A stretch of DNA of 34,637 nt from the IMG/VR virus record IMGVR_UViG_3300045988_104090, one strand, 5' to 3'. Of this stretch, positions 8,034-17,695 are shown in pieces (position 1 is the first letter of the stretch; each line of letters opens with the position of its first letter). The notes beneath the pieces are model-generated. The model saw only the letters and a program-made list of their open reading frames with translations, ran no database searches and was not told the origin of the DNA. A program made the translations under genes and the position numbers. This DNA is from a virus.

Positions 8034-9542
8034 TTAATAAGACTTTAACCACGATTTATAATTACCATAACCAGCCGCATCAAGTTCCGCTGCTATCTGA
8101 TCATCACTCCAGCCTTGCGCTGATAATTCGTTCATCCGCTTGGATACTGCCGCTTGTTCCTCGGCTGAATACGTAGGTTGCCGTTTTACTGTAGGCGTTC
8201 CACCGCCAGCCGTTGGCGTACCGTTTAATGCACCTTGTAATTTACCATAATAAGGACTTTCGCTTTCGTCCTTATCTGGATTAGCCTTAACCCATGCAGT
8301 ATGCTGCGCTGATAGTGTGCGCAATACTTGTGCATTATATCCGCTAGTTCCGGACTGTGTAGCCGTTGGCGGTTTAACATGAGTACCTACATACTTCATG
8401 CTACCGTCTGTACCAACAATATACGTTTTACCGTCCGGCATAACTTTGATGTTTTTTGCCCCAAAGTTACCGATATTTTTCATTTGACCGTCTGGTGTCA
8501 TTACGATAACTTGGCCGTTCGCAAATTGTTTTGTTTCAACTTTGCCATAACCGCCCATATCTTGAATAGTACCGTCGCCCATGTTGTAGCGTACAATATG
8601 GCCGTTTTGCGCACTACTAAATTTGTAATCAGGCTTATCAAGCGCCGCAATAGAATTCAAGTTATTCATATCAATAGTACCAGCGCCAACTTTACCGGCT
8701 AGATAGTTATATCTTGCAACGGCTGGCGCTAACCCTTTAACACGTTTCGTGTTATAGGTATCTACAACCGGGTTCCCGTCCTTGTCTTTAACGAATACAA
8801 GGTTGTTCATGATTTGCTGGCGCATTGGTTCAAGCACTTTTTCTTGATATTCGTTGACTTGTTGCATATACATGTTATTCACGTCGGTTTGATATTGTTC
8901 GTTGGCTAAACCTTGCGCCGTCTTGAAATCAAAACCAGCTTTGACAAGGGCGAGTGTATTCGCCCCTAGTCGTTTGCGTGCTTCACTGGTTATAGTTGCT
9001 TTATCTGGTATAGAGTATTGGCCCGGCGCTTTATCCTCGTTGGTACTACCATTTTCTACCAATTTGGGCGCCCCACGAAAAGGGTTATTTGCCCTTTGTT
9101 GCATCATTTCTTGATACGTTTGCGGTACACCATTACCAATACCGGTATTATTTAGGTTTTCAAAGTTCCATAACCCTGTATTTTGTTGTGGTGGTTGAAC
9201 TGGTGCGGCCGGTGCATCTGTGTTAGCTTGCATCGGTTGTGCCGGTGCTACCGGATTTTGACCGCCCCATAATCCTTGATTATTCGCCACCGCTTGCGCA
9301 CCGAAGGAATTATTACGCATTGCATTATTAATAAATTGTCCAGCGTTAAATTGTCCTTGTGTCGGCATTTGGCTTGCCATTTGTTGCGTTGGTGTCGCCT
9401 GTTCACCGCCGTTTAGCATATTTTGATAGCCATGCGCCAAACGATTATTTTGGATTTGACCTAAGCGGTAGCCACCGTATTGACCGGCTAACTCGCCGAT
9501 GCTTTCCCACGGGTTATAATCCTGTAAATAAATAACGCCCAT
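8034..9542 (-). CDS. 502-aa putative internal virion / ejection protein with a Q/N/P-rich N-terminal region
   Basis: RBS GAGGA precedes the start. There is a low-complexity N-terminal region of about 150 aa. C-terminal short repeats have the form (M/T)(P/G)DG(x)(x)(x)(x)(x)G. Placement is between two other large late proteins. Confidence 0.5.
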   Translation of the reverse strand: MGVIYLQDYNPWESIGELAGQYGGYRLGQIQNNRLAHGYQNMLNGGEQATPTQQMASQMPTQGQFNAGQFINNAMRNNSFGAQAVANNQGLWGGQNPVAPAQPMQANTDAPAAPVQPPQQNTGLWNFENLNNTGIGNGVPQTYQEMMQQRANNPFRGAPKLVENGSTNEDKAPGQYSIPDKATITSEARKRLGANTLALVKAGFDFKTAQGLANEQYQTDVNNMYMQQVNEYQEKVLEPMRQQIMNNLVFVKDKDGNPVVDTYNTKRVKGLAPAVARYNYLAGKVGAGTIDMNNLNSIAALDKPDYKFSSAQNGHIVRYNMGDGTIQDMGGYGKVETKQFANGQVIVMTPDGQMKNIGNFGAKNIKVMPDGKTYIVGTDGSMKYVGTHVKPPTATQSGTSGYNAQVLRTLSAQHTAWVKANPDKDESESPYYGKLQGALNGTPTAGGGTPTVKRQPTYSAEEQAAVSKRMNELSAQGWSDDQIAAELDAAGYGNYKSWLKSY

Positions 9543-9546
9543 TGTG

Positions 9547-11160
9547 TTATTCCTCTACTTTCTCCGATTTCTTACCTTTAGTTTTCTTTGTTGCTTTTTC
9601 ATCTGTTACTTCGTTAGTATCTTCCGAATTTTCATCTGTTGGATCATTTGTTTCATCTGTTCCTTCACCAGTTTCTTTATCGTCTTTCTTGCCGGTGTTT
9701 TCAGTTAGTTTCTTTGCATCTGCAATCGCTTTCAATTCCTCTTCATTGATGCCTTCCGCCATAATGCCGTTAGCATAGAAGAGATTATCACCAGTACATT
9801 GCAATTCATATACATGTTCAGTATTGCCAGTTGCTTCGCTAATCGTTACAGGTTCATAACCATTAACAGTCATTACTACTGTTTCGCCAACAACTAATTC
9901 ACTGGCTAATTTTAATCCTTCCGGAGTTAAGAATTTTTCTGTGTCTGTGGTTGTAACGCCAAAGGATGCGGTTTCAAGGCGATGTGTTTCTTTTTCGCCC
10001 ATATCGTGTAATTCAATTACATCATTGACCGCACCCAAAGTAATAACGGTATCACCATTTACAAACGCTTCAATAACCTTGCCACCTTCTGGCGTTGCAA
10101 TTTCAGTACCCGCTACAAAACAAAAACCTTTCATAAGACCTCCTAAAAATCCACCGTTACCTTGCTTAACCATTGTTTGTGCTGGTTGTGCTAGGCCGTA
10201 ACGTAATGTCATATATCTGTTTAATAAATCTTCTTGATCCGCATTATTTAACCGACTCATAGAATAGTAATCCTTAGCCGGTTGAGTAGATGCACTTTGT
10301 GTTGTTGCGCCGGTATTAATAGGGTTTTGCGCTAACCCCTCACGTTGACCGATAAGGCCCGCCGAAGTACCGGCATTATTCATTTGATTTGTGTATCCTT
10401 GATTTAACAAGTTCGCTTGATTTACGATGCCGTTTTGTTGGTTATTATAGGTGTTACCCCAAAGGCCCATTTTTGCACCGATACCACTCAAACTATTGTT
10501 AAATGCTTGCGAATTAAGTGCTGCCGCTTGGTTCAAATCATTTGCATATTGTGCAGCAAGTGTATTTGATGCGTTCTTGCTAATATCATTCAATGCATTA
10601 TCTGTGATTGAAGAATTAACAATGCCGCGACTCGCTAGGCCAGAAACCGCATTACCTACAGTTGCCTGTAAATCATTGTTTAACGCTTGTCGTCTAGCAT
10701 CTGCATAAGCCGTAGGAAGTTGGCCGTTGGTAATACTATCCATTGCGTTTTGATTTTTCAATAATGCGCCGTTGTATTCATTCGCTAGTTGCCCCGCTCC
10801 ATTGTTCATAGCATCAACGCTGGCCCCTAACTGATTGGCATAACGTGTGGTATCCGTTAAGTTCTTGGCGCCGGCCGTTGCCACTTGATTTTGCAATGCT
10901 GCTAGTGCATTTTGGTTATCTTTATTAGTCCCCAAATATGCATTGTACATTTGCTGATATTGCGGACTAACTACATTATTTAAGGCTCTATCGCCCATAC
11001 CTTGCAAGGTGTTGGCACTTTGATTGGTTCTATTTATCCAATCCATTTGCCCTTGTAAGAGTTGCTTTTCTTCGGGGCCGGCTGGTGGTAGATTAGCGCC
11101 TATGCTTTGCACCTTTGATTTTTTGCCGCCCCCAAATAATTGCAAGTCAAATGTAAACAT
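9547..11160 (-). CDS. 537-aa Hint-domain protein (putative ejection protein) with an L27-like N-terminal leader and a charged C-terminal tail
   Basis: N-terminus is MFTFDLQLFGGGKKSK. Hint block A is C347-FVAGTEI and the C-terminal block is VYELQCTGDNLFYANGIMAEG. A 67-aa K/E/D/T-rich tail follows. Confidence 0.7.
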   Translation of the reverse strand: MFTFDLQLFGGGKKSKVQSIGANLPPAGPEEKQLLQGQMDWINRTNQSANTLQGMGDRALNNVVSPQYQQMYNAYLGTNKDNQNALAALQNQVATAGAKNLTDTTRYANQLGASVDAMNNGAGQLANEYNGALLKNQNAMDSITNGQLPTAYADARRQALNNDLQATVGNAVSGLASRGIVNSSITDNALNDISKNASNTLAAQYANDLNQAAALNSQAFNNSLSGIGAKMGLWGNTYNNQQNGIVNQANLLNQGYTNQMNNAGTSAGLIGQREGLAQNPINTGATTQSASTQPAKDYYSMSRLNNADQEDLLNRYMTLRYGLAQPAQTMVKQGNGGFLGGLMKGFCFVAGTEIATPEGGKVIEAFVNGDTVITLGAVNDVIELHDMGEKETHRLETASFGVTTTDTEKFLTPEGLKLASELVVGETVVMTVNGYEPVTISEATGNTEHVYELQCTGDNLFYANGIMAEGINEEELKAIADAKKLTENTGKKDDKETGEGTDETNDPTDENSEDTNEVTDEKATKKTKGKKSEKVEE

Positions 11161-11171
11161 GCTTTTCCTTT

Positions 11172-11588
11172 CTACAAAGTCGCTTCAAGGTGTTTTCGCA
11201 CCGTTTTCAACACTTTGTAATTAAACCCATTATAGGTATAGTCCATAGTTGGAACACGTTCCATGTTCCACTTTTTAATGAAACCGCGCACGCTTCGATG
11301 CGTTGCCGTTACAATTACATCAAGATCATTCAACTTCATTACTTCAACAATATACTTTCCTATTACTTTCATATCGCCGTATGTTTGCCAGATAGTGAAA
11401 TATCGTTCACCCTCATGTTCGTTGATAGTCCAGAATAGAAAACCCGCATTAGGGAACCATTTGAAATAGTAGTTATATTTATCTTTGTAATTGTTGTTTT
11501 CATCGAAATAAAAACCTTCAAGGCTGATACGTTCGCCCGTGCGCCGTTCATAGTCTTTTATCATATGTTCTAAGCTATCAAGCTGCAT
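11172..11588 (-). CDS. 138-aa hypothetical protein in the tail / ejection module
   Basis: Long ORF in operon context. Stop codon is TAG, followed by RBS AAAGGAAAA for the next gene. Confidence 0.5.
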   Translation of the reverse strand: MQLDSLEHMIKDYERRTGERISLEGFYFDENNNYKDKYNYYFKWFPNAGFLFWTINEHEGERYFTIWQTYGDMKVIGKYIVEVMKLNDLDVIVTATHRSVRGFIKKWNMERVPTMDYTYNGFNYKVLKTVRKHLEATL

Positions 11589-11590
11589 TA

Positions 11591-12067
11591 TTATTCCCCT
11601 ATTCGTTCAATTATTACTTTATTCCAGTTATTACCGGCTACGACGTAGTTATCAAATAAACCACTTACTGAACATTTTAAACTCTTGTTATAAGTAGACC
11701 CCGGAAAACTGATTGATACGGTTCTATTCCCGCTATCATTAACATTGATATTCCAGCTTCTTTTATTGCTACCGTCAAGCGTTATACTATACTGACCTTT
11801 AGGGAAAAACAAAGTTGTACTATATGCGCTTGTATCACTTGCACGGCGTTCCCAATAGTACCGCGTAAATTCTGCCGCATCATACTGGATAGAATACGTC
11901 CGCCCGTTTATTTCGATTTTTAACGGTGTTGCATCGGTTCCATATCGTGCGTAGTAATCAACGCCGTTATATGTTACTGGTACCGATTTACCATTTGTTA
12001 CGGATTTATTTGTGTTAAGTCCGAAACGGTATGTTTGGCCGTTCTTTTCTAGTACTAGATTAGGCAT
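11591..12067 (-). CDS. 158-aa beta-rich hypothetical tail-associated protein
   Basis: ORF overlaps the stop codon of the tail-fibre gene by a single base (position 12067). Composition is rich in S/T/N/G/Y, as in receptor-binding accessory proteins. Confidence 0.45.
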   Translation of the reverse strand: MPNLVLEKNGQTYRFGLNTNKSVTNGKSVPVTYNGVDYYARYGTDATPLKIEINGRTYSIQYDAAEFTRYYWERRASDTSAYSTTLFFPKGQYSITLDGSNKRSWNINVNDSGNRTVSISFPGSTYNKSLKCSVSGLFDNYVVAGNNWNKVIIERIGE

Positions 12068-13311
12068 TATTCTACCCTCAATTTAGCGCCATTTGGGAAT
12101 AAGAGGTTATTATTCTCATCAAATGTTGCTATCCTTTGCCATGCTCCCATAGTATTACTGTTGGTATCAAAGCGAATGTATGCGCTGTTACTATTTACAA
12201 AATATAATTGCGCACCTAGTACTCGTTGGTCGCCGTCAAATGTCCACGGAAAAGCAACCCCCATGCCCCAACGTTGTTTACCCCATACTGTATAGCCGTT
12301 TACCTCACCAACTAACATGCCGGAGTACCCAACACGGGTGTTAGACATTTTATTAAAATCAAGCGGATCATTTGTAATACCCGGAACTTTTAAAGTTCCT
12401 GTCATGGTATCACCTGTTTTTTTAACGCATGCTTCTGCATTTTTTGCCGTATCTGCACTTGCTGCATGTTTAGCTTCATCTGCATTAGTTGCGTGTTTGG
12501 CTTCGTTTACAGTGTCCGTTTTCTTGTAATAGACTTTTTCTAAATCTTTTATTGTTTCGGATATTGCTTTTAATGTAGTTGTTGGGTTAGCGGTGAATGT
12601 TTCATCACCAGCTATTTTTTTGATTACATCAGCGAATGCATTAAGTATTTCTGTTAATGCATAGTCCTTACCGTCAACCATACGTTTACCAATTACGGCA
12701 TCTGTAGCAGTATTGATAGTTGGATCATAATACTTAATAGACTTTACACGTGTAGCATCTGTTACGGCGATTGCTACCACTACGCGTAGAATGTTTTTCC
12801 AGTATGTGCCGGTGTATACATTCATTTTTTCGCTTGTAGTATTGTAGTACATCTTATCTGTAGCCGCTTCCGGTGCGTTTGGTTGGCGTAATGGTTCAAG
12901 TGTTGTGCTACCATAACTTAGGCCCCCAGATGCGGAGCGTTCAACGTACAAATACGATGTACTATTAGCCGGTAGGTTCCATGCACTTTGCTTACGTGTT
13001 ACTGTTTGCACATAATCAACCGCGCCATAATCGTTGAACCCGTCAGCGAATGACAAAAGAACTGGTGTTTGACTGCCGTCAATCATTACGCTTAAATTAT
13101 CACCGGTTAAAAAGGCAAATTCACCATTGCTAACCTTGCCACTTAACACGCGATTACGTAGGCCGCCACCGCCGCCACCAGTACCGCCACCGGCTTTTAA
13201 GTCCATTTCTTTTGCAATATTTAATAATTCATTCCGGTTTTTCTCTATACTTTCCGGTACTGTATCGCCCTGTGGTGTAATATCCAAAGGGTATTTTTCT
13301 TTATATGCCAT
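12067..13311 (-). CDS. tail fibre / receptor-binding protein
   Basis: Contains the KKTGDTMTGTLKV tail-fibre hallmark motif. Also has a Gly-run GGGTGGGGGG and Ala/Asp repeats (AKHATNADEAKHAASADTAKNAEA). Confidence 0.7.
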   Translation of the reverse strand: MAYKEKYPLDITPQGDTVPESIEKNRNELLNIAKEMDLKAGGGTGGGGGGLRNRVLSGKVSNGEFAFLTGDNLSVMIDGSQTPVLLSFADGFNDYGAVDYVQTVTRKQSAWNLPANSTSYLYVERSASGGLSYGSTTLEPLRQPNAPEAATDKMYYNTTSEKMNVYTGTYWKNILRVVVAIAVTDATRVKSIKYYDPTINTATDAVIGKRMVDGKDYALTEILNAFADVIKKIAGDETFTANPTTTLKAISETIKDLEKVYYKKTDTVNEAKHATNADEAKHAASADTAKNAEACVKKTGDTMTGTLKVPGITNDPLDFNKMSNTRVGYSGMLVGEVNGYTVWGKQRWGMGVAFPWTFDGDQRVLGAQLYFVNSNSAYIRFDTNSNTMGAWQRIATFDENNNLLFPNGAKLRVE

Positions 13312-13313
13312 TA

Positions 13314-14732
13314 TTAAACCTCTTCATACGTATAATCTAACTGGCGTAATGAAATAGCGCCCTTTTGAACATTGATTTTGAATTGTACGTTACGGTTAGC
13401 ACCGCCACCAATTTTATAAGCCTTCGTGTACTCGTTGACGTTCATCAACGCTTTATAATCATAGGTCTTAAAGTTCGCATAGTAGGTTTTAACCGCCTTG
13501 CTTGCGAACTCAATTGGCTTAGGCTTTTTGTTTGAGATGCCAATAGTACCGTATCCGGGTATTAGGTTATGCGTTACAAAATTGTAGTTCATAATTAATA
13601 TGAATTGTCTTGTTGCCAACCTATTGCCGCTTACGATTGACGTCTGAATTTGTACGCTATCATCTGTATCTATGGTTTCGTCAAGAATACCGATTTTATT
13701 GCCATAGGCTATATATACATCTTTATCTACATTCACCGCATCATTAATGTTGTATGTGAATTTACGCGATGTGAACACGCCGCGCCCGTCCTCATATCTA
13801 GGTAAATAATGATAGATGAATACTGTATCACCGTTATATGGTCGTATCCAAAGTTGCTTACGACTAGGTATATGCCACGCTTCACAATCCTTTGTAATGT
13901 ATTTCAACAGATACGAATTGATGTTCAATCCAGTTTCAAACGGTTGTATTTCTGCATAGGTATTAGTAGGCATAAAAGACATAAACCCTTGATTGCCTAA
14001 ATAATAGCTACGATCATCAATGCTTATCGTTGCACCGCTACAATAACCAGTAGAAGAAAGCGGGTATACCGTTAAATTTCGTGCATCTGGCGTACCAATG
14101 ACTTGATACACGCGCCCGTATTCCTTATATACGATAATTGCACGTGATAAGAAATCAACGGCAATAATGCTGCCTTGGTCTTTATACCCAACATCTACAT
14201 ATTGCGCACTAGATGCATCATTTGAGTTGTGAGTCCATGCGTTATAGTCGCCTACGGCCGACCAGTTTAAACGATGTGAATGAGTAGATGCAACAAGTAC
14301 ACGCCCGGAATGACTCGATACTATATCGCACACTGGACTTTCTAGCGCTGCCAACTTACCAGCACCGGAGATAACTTGCAGCTTATCGCCGCTTGCTATT
14401 AGAATGTCGCCACCAAATGCGTGATACTTCGGCTTATTTGTACCGTTTAGCACCCCCAACAATTTATTTGTATTGAAATCAGTTTCATATAAATTGCGGC
14501 CACTAGAAAAGTACCACTTATTGCGGTAGACATCATAATACAACGTTTCTACTGGTAGTCCGAAATCATACAATACACGAACTCCCGGAACAGTACGGAG
14601 TGCATTGTCCGTTCTATCAAATTCGCATTGTCTAGCCTGTGTCAAGGCTTGAACGTCTATATTCTCCGGTGGGTTACTCCAATCAAGGCCCAATCGGAAG
14701 CCGTTTGTTATTGCTACCTGTTTTACGCCCAT
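13314..14732 (-). CDS. 472-aa tail hub / nozzle-like structural protein (gp10-like position)
   Basis: Size and position after the adaptor genes match a P22-type gene order. No motif was recognised. Confidence 0.4.
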   Translation of the reverse strand: MGVKQVAITNGFRLGLDWSNPPENIDVQALTQARQCEFDRTDNALRTVPGVRVLYDFGLPVETLYYDVYRNKWYFSSGRNLYETDFNTNKLLGVLNGTNKPKYHAFGGDILIASGDKLQVISGAGKLAALESPVCDIVSSHSGRVLVASTHSHRLNWSAVGDYNAWTHNSNDASSAQYVDVGYKDQGSIIAVDFLSRAIIVYKEYGRVYQVIGTPDARNLTVYPLSSTGYCSGATISIDDRSYYLGNQGFMSFMPTNTYAEIQPFETGLNINSYLLKYITKDCEAWHIPSRKQLWIRPYNGDTVFIYHYLPRYEDGRGVFTSRKFTYNINDAVNVDKDVYIAYGNKIGILDETIDTDDSVQIQTSIVSGNRLATRQFILIMNYNFVTHNLIPGYGTIGISNKKPKPIEFASKAVKTYYANFKTYDYKALMNVNEYTKAYKIGGGANRNVQFKINVQKGAISLRQLDYTYEEV

Positions 14733-15205
14733 TATGTGATACCCCGTGCCGTTTTAATTTGCTCTGTGATGTAATCGATAAAAGTCTTATCATAAGCAGC
14801 ATAATCAGTCATAAGTGATTTTTTCTTCACCATGAAAGATACTAATTGCACTAGATAACTATGAAAGAATTCGGAGAACGGAATAGTATCGTCCATTTCG
14901 TCAACGTGATTTTTGCGCACGCTATAAAACACTTGATTAACCGTTTCACCGTCATAGGTTTCGAATGTTCCGTTTATGATGCGGATAGGATAGCCAGTTT
15001 TAGGAACGAACCCCATAAAATCGGAAGGAACCGCCCTTTTATCCTGTATATCCATATTCTTAACTACTTCACGGTCTTTAATACTAACTAGGATAGTTGT
15101 TAGCCAGTCAATCGCTGCGTTAATGTACTGAATATATTCTAGTTGTTCGTCAAGGATTTCGTTTGACTCTACATTAACGAGAGTAATCAATTCGCTTACT
15201 ACCAT
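14732..15205 (-). CDS. head-tail adaptor / connector-like protein
   Basis: The ORF-track start at 15226 is TTG. ATG at 15205 has GGAAGGA about 10 nt upstream and is preferred. The call rests on position between capsid and tail genes. Confidence 0.45.
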   Translation of the reverse strand: MVVSELITLVNVESNEILDEQLEYIQYINAAIDWLTTILVSIKDREVVKNMDIQDKRAVPSDFMGFVPKTGYPIRIINGTFETYDGETVNQVFYSVRKNHVDEMDDTIPFSEFFHSYLVQLVSFMVKKKSLMTDYAAYDKTFIDYITEQIKTARGIT

Positions 15206-15731
15206 AATTCCAGTATCCTTCCGCAATTACACTATCATTGTTACCTAACCCATTATTAATTGATTGCAACGCACTAACCATATTTGCTGAAATTCCAGAA
15301 ATATCAAGGTTCATAACCCTATATACGATATAGTCAACTAATAACGTTTCAAGTTCTGCCGGCAGTCCGCTATCATCTTCTAGCATCTTATATCCCGCAG
15401 TCTTTATATAATCAACGGTGATTTTCTGCTCTTTGTCCGCATCAAATACTACCGTTTGTAAATTCAATACTTGATACCCTTGTACTTCCGTATCATCTGC
15501 CTTGACATTCAATATACTGATACATTGAAAAGGCAATGTGATACGTCCACGTCCAGTACCTTCAAATGTGCCTGTTGCAAGGCTCGGGCAATATTGACCG
15601 ATTAGGGCATTTAATAAGTGATTGCCTTCGTTGTAATACTCCAATATGTAATACGGAGTATATTGCTCTTGCGAGGTATCGCCTATTTGCATGAACGCCC
15701 TATTGATGAGTTGTTTTACGTTCATATTCAC
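15174..15731 (-). CDS. head completion / adaptor-like protein
   Basis: RBS GGGGTGA precedes the start. It is the first gene after the capsid terminator. The call is by position only. Confidence 0.45.
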   Translation of the reverse strand: MNMNVKQLINRAFMQIGDTSQEQYTPYYILEYYNEGNHLLNALIGQYCPSLATGTFEGTGRGRITLPFQCISILNVKADDTEVQGYQVLNLQTVVFDADKEQKITVDYIKTAGYKMLEDDSGLPAELETLLVDYIVYRVMNLDISGISANMVSALQSINNGLGNNDSVIAEGYWNYGSKRIDYSR

Positions 15732-15737
15732 CCCATA

Positions 15738-15766
15738 TAAGAATAAAGGCGGGTGTTGCCCCGCCT
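15738..15766 (-). terminator. rho-independent terminator / attenuator after the major capsid gene
   Basis: Stem GGCGGG (15748-15753) / CCCGCC (15760-15765) with a 6-nt loop. On the minus strand it is followed by TTTATTCTT. Confidence 0.6.
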
Positions 15767-15773
15767 ATCATAC

Positions 15774-16757
15774 TTACGCTTCTACTACGCCACCAGTCAT
15801 AACATTGATTACGCCGTAATCTTTGCTATTGAACTTGGATTTTTCGATTGCACCATAGAAAGCAATGCCGTTACCTTCTACGTTGCCGTAGTCGTCCACT
15901 TGTTTGATATGTTTCGCCGGACGAGATACCGCAAAGCATGCCGCTTGTTTACCTAAAAGCAAGTTATGGCATACGTTAGCACTAGATGCGCCTGTTTTAT
16001 CGTTCAACACACGTTCGTATTCGTACAAAATAACGCCGTCATATTCGCCTAATGCACCTGTGAAAATAGGGTTTTTAGAACCACGAACGTTAGCGTTTTG
16101 TTGTGCTGCAAGCCACTTAGCATCATCTTTCAAATCACGTGCCGCCCAAGGAGAAACCAACATAATGAATTTGTCCATGCCGTCAACTTTAATAGGTTGT
16201 ACTTTAGGGCCGTGCATTTGTGCTTTACGTTTTGCACGAGAAATTAATGTAGTAGTCAACTTATCGTTGGCGGTGATAGATGCTTGCGTACCAGCGGAAG
16301 ATGCATACAATGTTTCACCAGATGTAGGAGATGCGGAAAGTTTAGCGATTAACTTGTTATCTTGCCAATCAGCTAACCATTGTTTTAACGCACCTTTGAT
16401 TTCTTTCAACATGTCGTATTGTGTTTTTTGATCATCCGCTTCAAAGCGAGAAACCGCATTACGTACTAATTGTGTTTGTACTGTGAAGTCATAAATGTTT
16501 AATGTTTCTTCGTTACCAGTCAATGTCGCACGGTTACCTTCAACACCAGCACCGCTTAAATTCATCATCAAACCGAATGTTACTGCATCGCCTTTAACGC
16601 CTTCTAAATCTTTGTTTTTATGTACTACATTGGATCCGTCAAGTGCGGTGAATTTATCGAAGAAAGATTCTTTTAAGCCTTCATGCCACACTTTTTTAGT
16701 CCAAATCTTAGGGACTAACGCCGCTGGAATAGTTACTTGATTTCTTTGTTCTGCCAT
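15774..16757 (-). CDS. major capsid protein
   Basis: A 327-aa ORF directly after the acidic scaffold gene. It has a strong RBS (AAGAGGT) and is followed by a terminator. Its order relative to portal and scaffold fits. Confidence 0.75.
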   Translation of the reverse strand: MAEQRNQVTIPAALVPKIWTKKVWHEGLKESFFDKFTALDGSNVVHKNKDLEGVKGDAVTFGLMMNLSGAGVEGNRATLTGNEETLNIYDFTVQTQLVRNAVSRFEADDQKTQYDMLKEIKGALKQWLADWQDNKLIAKLSASPTSGETLYASSAGTQASITANDKLTTTLISRAKRKAQMHGPKVQPIKVDGMDKFIMLVSPWAARDLKDDAKWLAAQQNANVRGSKNPIFTGALGEYDGVILYEYERVLNDKTGASSANVCHNLLLGKQAACFAVSRPAKHIKQVDDYGNVEGNGIAFYGAIEKSKFNSKDYGVINVMTGGVVEA

Positions 16758-16767
16758 ATTTTACCTC

Positions 16768-17679
16768 TTATAATTCGTCAAAATATTTGCGTACATCGTC
16801 CGGCAATGCATCAAGATTGCCTGTGTCATACGCTTTTAAAATATCTTCTTCCGTTACCTTGTTAGGTGTAGGAACGCCACCATTGAGTGCGCCAGCCTTA
16901 GGCAATGTCGCCGCTACTTCTAGTGGGTTGTTTGGTACTTCGGTACTTGTCGCCCGTTCATTTTGCAATTCATCAACAAATTTTCTAATGGTTTCAAAAT
17001 CGGCTTCTGTACCTTCGCCCTGATCAACACGATAAAATGCATCATTAATCGGTTGTGCATCACGCATCATCATTCCGTTTAACTTGTCTAAACCGCGTTG
17101 ATACAACTCGTTAAAGTTTGGTAGCGATTTAATTTCATTCACAAAATTTACGTTTTTTTGCCGTTGTTGATGTACTGCAATTTGCTGATTGGTGATTGCG
17201 TATTCTGCATTAGCTTCAAAACGAATAAATTCGTTGTACTTTTCAGCATCTTCATACATCAAACCTTCTAAATCTTCCGCCGTCATATTGAAACGTTTTA
17301 ATGCTTCACGGCGTACGAAGTCGCGAATATTTGATACTTCTTCTTGCGGTAACTCAATTGGTTTTTGTTGCGCTTCGAATTGTCTAGCACGTTCTTCCGC
17401 TGCTTTACGTCTTGCGCGTTCCTGTGCAAGTGCCGCTTTTAAGTTCTGATCGTTCGCATGCGTTTCTTCTTCCGTTTCACCTTCGTTAGTATTCGGCGTT
17501 TCTGTTTCTACTTCCGCATCATTCGCATCACTTTCAGCCGCATCATTTGTAGAGGGTTCATCTGTTGCAGTTTCCTGTGTACCCGTTTCTTCGGTTGTTT
17601 CTTCCAGTTCTACGCCCGCGTTTTCTAAATCTTCTGGAGTGAAACCAGCTTCTTCAATGTTTACTAAATCTTTTTCCAT
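16768..17679 (-). CDS. scaffolding protein
   Basis: Highly acidic N-terminus (TEETGTQETATDEPSTNDAAESDANDAEVETE) and a helical charged core (ERARRKAAEERARQFEAQQ). Located between portal and capsid, with RBS AAAGGAG. Confidence 0.7.
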   Translation of the reverse strand: MEKDLVNIEEAGFTPEDLENAGVELEETTEETGTQETATDEPSTNDAAESDANDAEVETETPNTNEGETEEETHANDQNLKAALAQERARRKAAEERARQFEAQQKPIELPQEEVSNIRDFVRREALKRFNMTAEDLEGLMYEDAEKYNEFIRFEANAEYAITNQQIAVHQQRQKNVNFVNEIKSLPNFNELYQRGLDKLNGMMMRDAQPINDAFYRVDQGEGTEADFETIRKFVDELQNERATSTEVPNNPLEVAATLPKAGALNGGVPTPNKVTEEDILKAYDTGNLDALPDDVRKYFDEL

Positions 17680-17695
17680 ATCAAATACTCCTTTG

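Noticed and set aside
9547-11160. A true mobile intein interrupting a host protein
   Set aside because: The Hint domain lacks the terminal His-Asn and a downstream nucleophile. It has no homing-endonuclease insert. The flanks (a Q/N-rich region and a charged tail) do not look like two halves of a conserved extein.
1019-11588. Global reassignment of TAG to a sense codon (code-15-like) for the whole phage
   Set aside because: TAG terminates the endolysin (1602), the 190-aa gene (1019), the 138-aa gene (11172) and Gp157 (31122). In each case the next gene's RBS and start follow immediately. Read-through there would add tens of out-of-frame, overlap-derived codons. Only local or partial read-through remains plausible.
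11172-11588. The 138-aa late protein as a GNAT acetyltransferase
   Set aside because: There is only a vague beta-alpha pattern resemblance. No Q/R-x-x-G-x-G/A acetyl-CoA motif could be found by eye.
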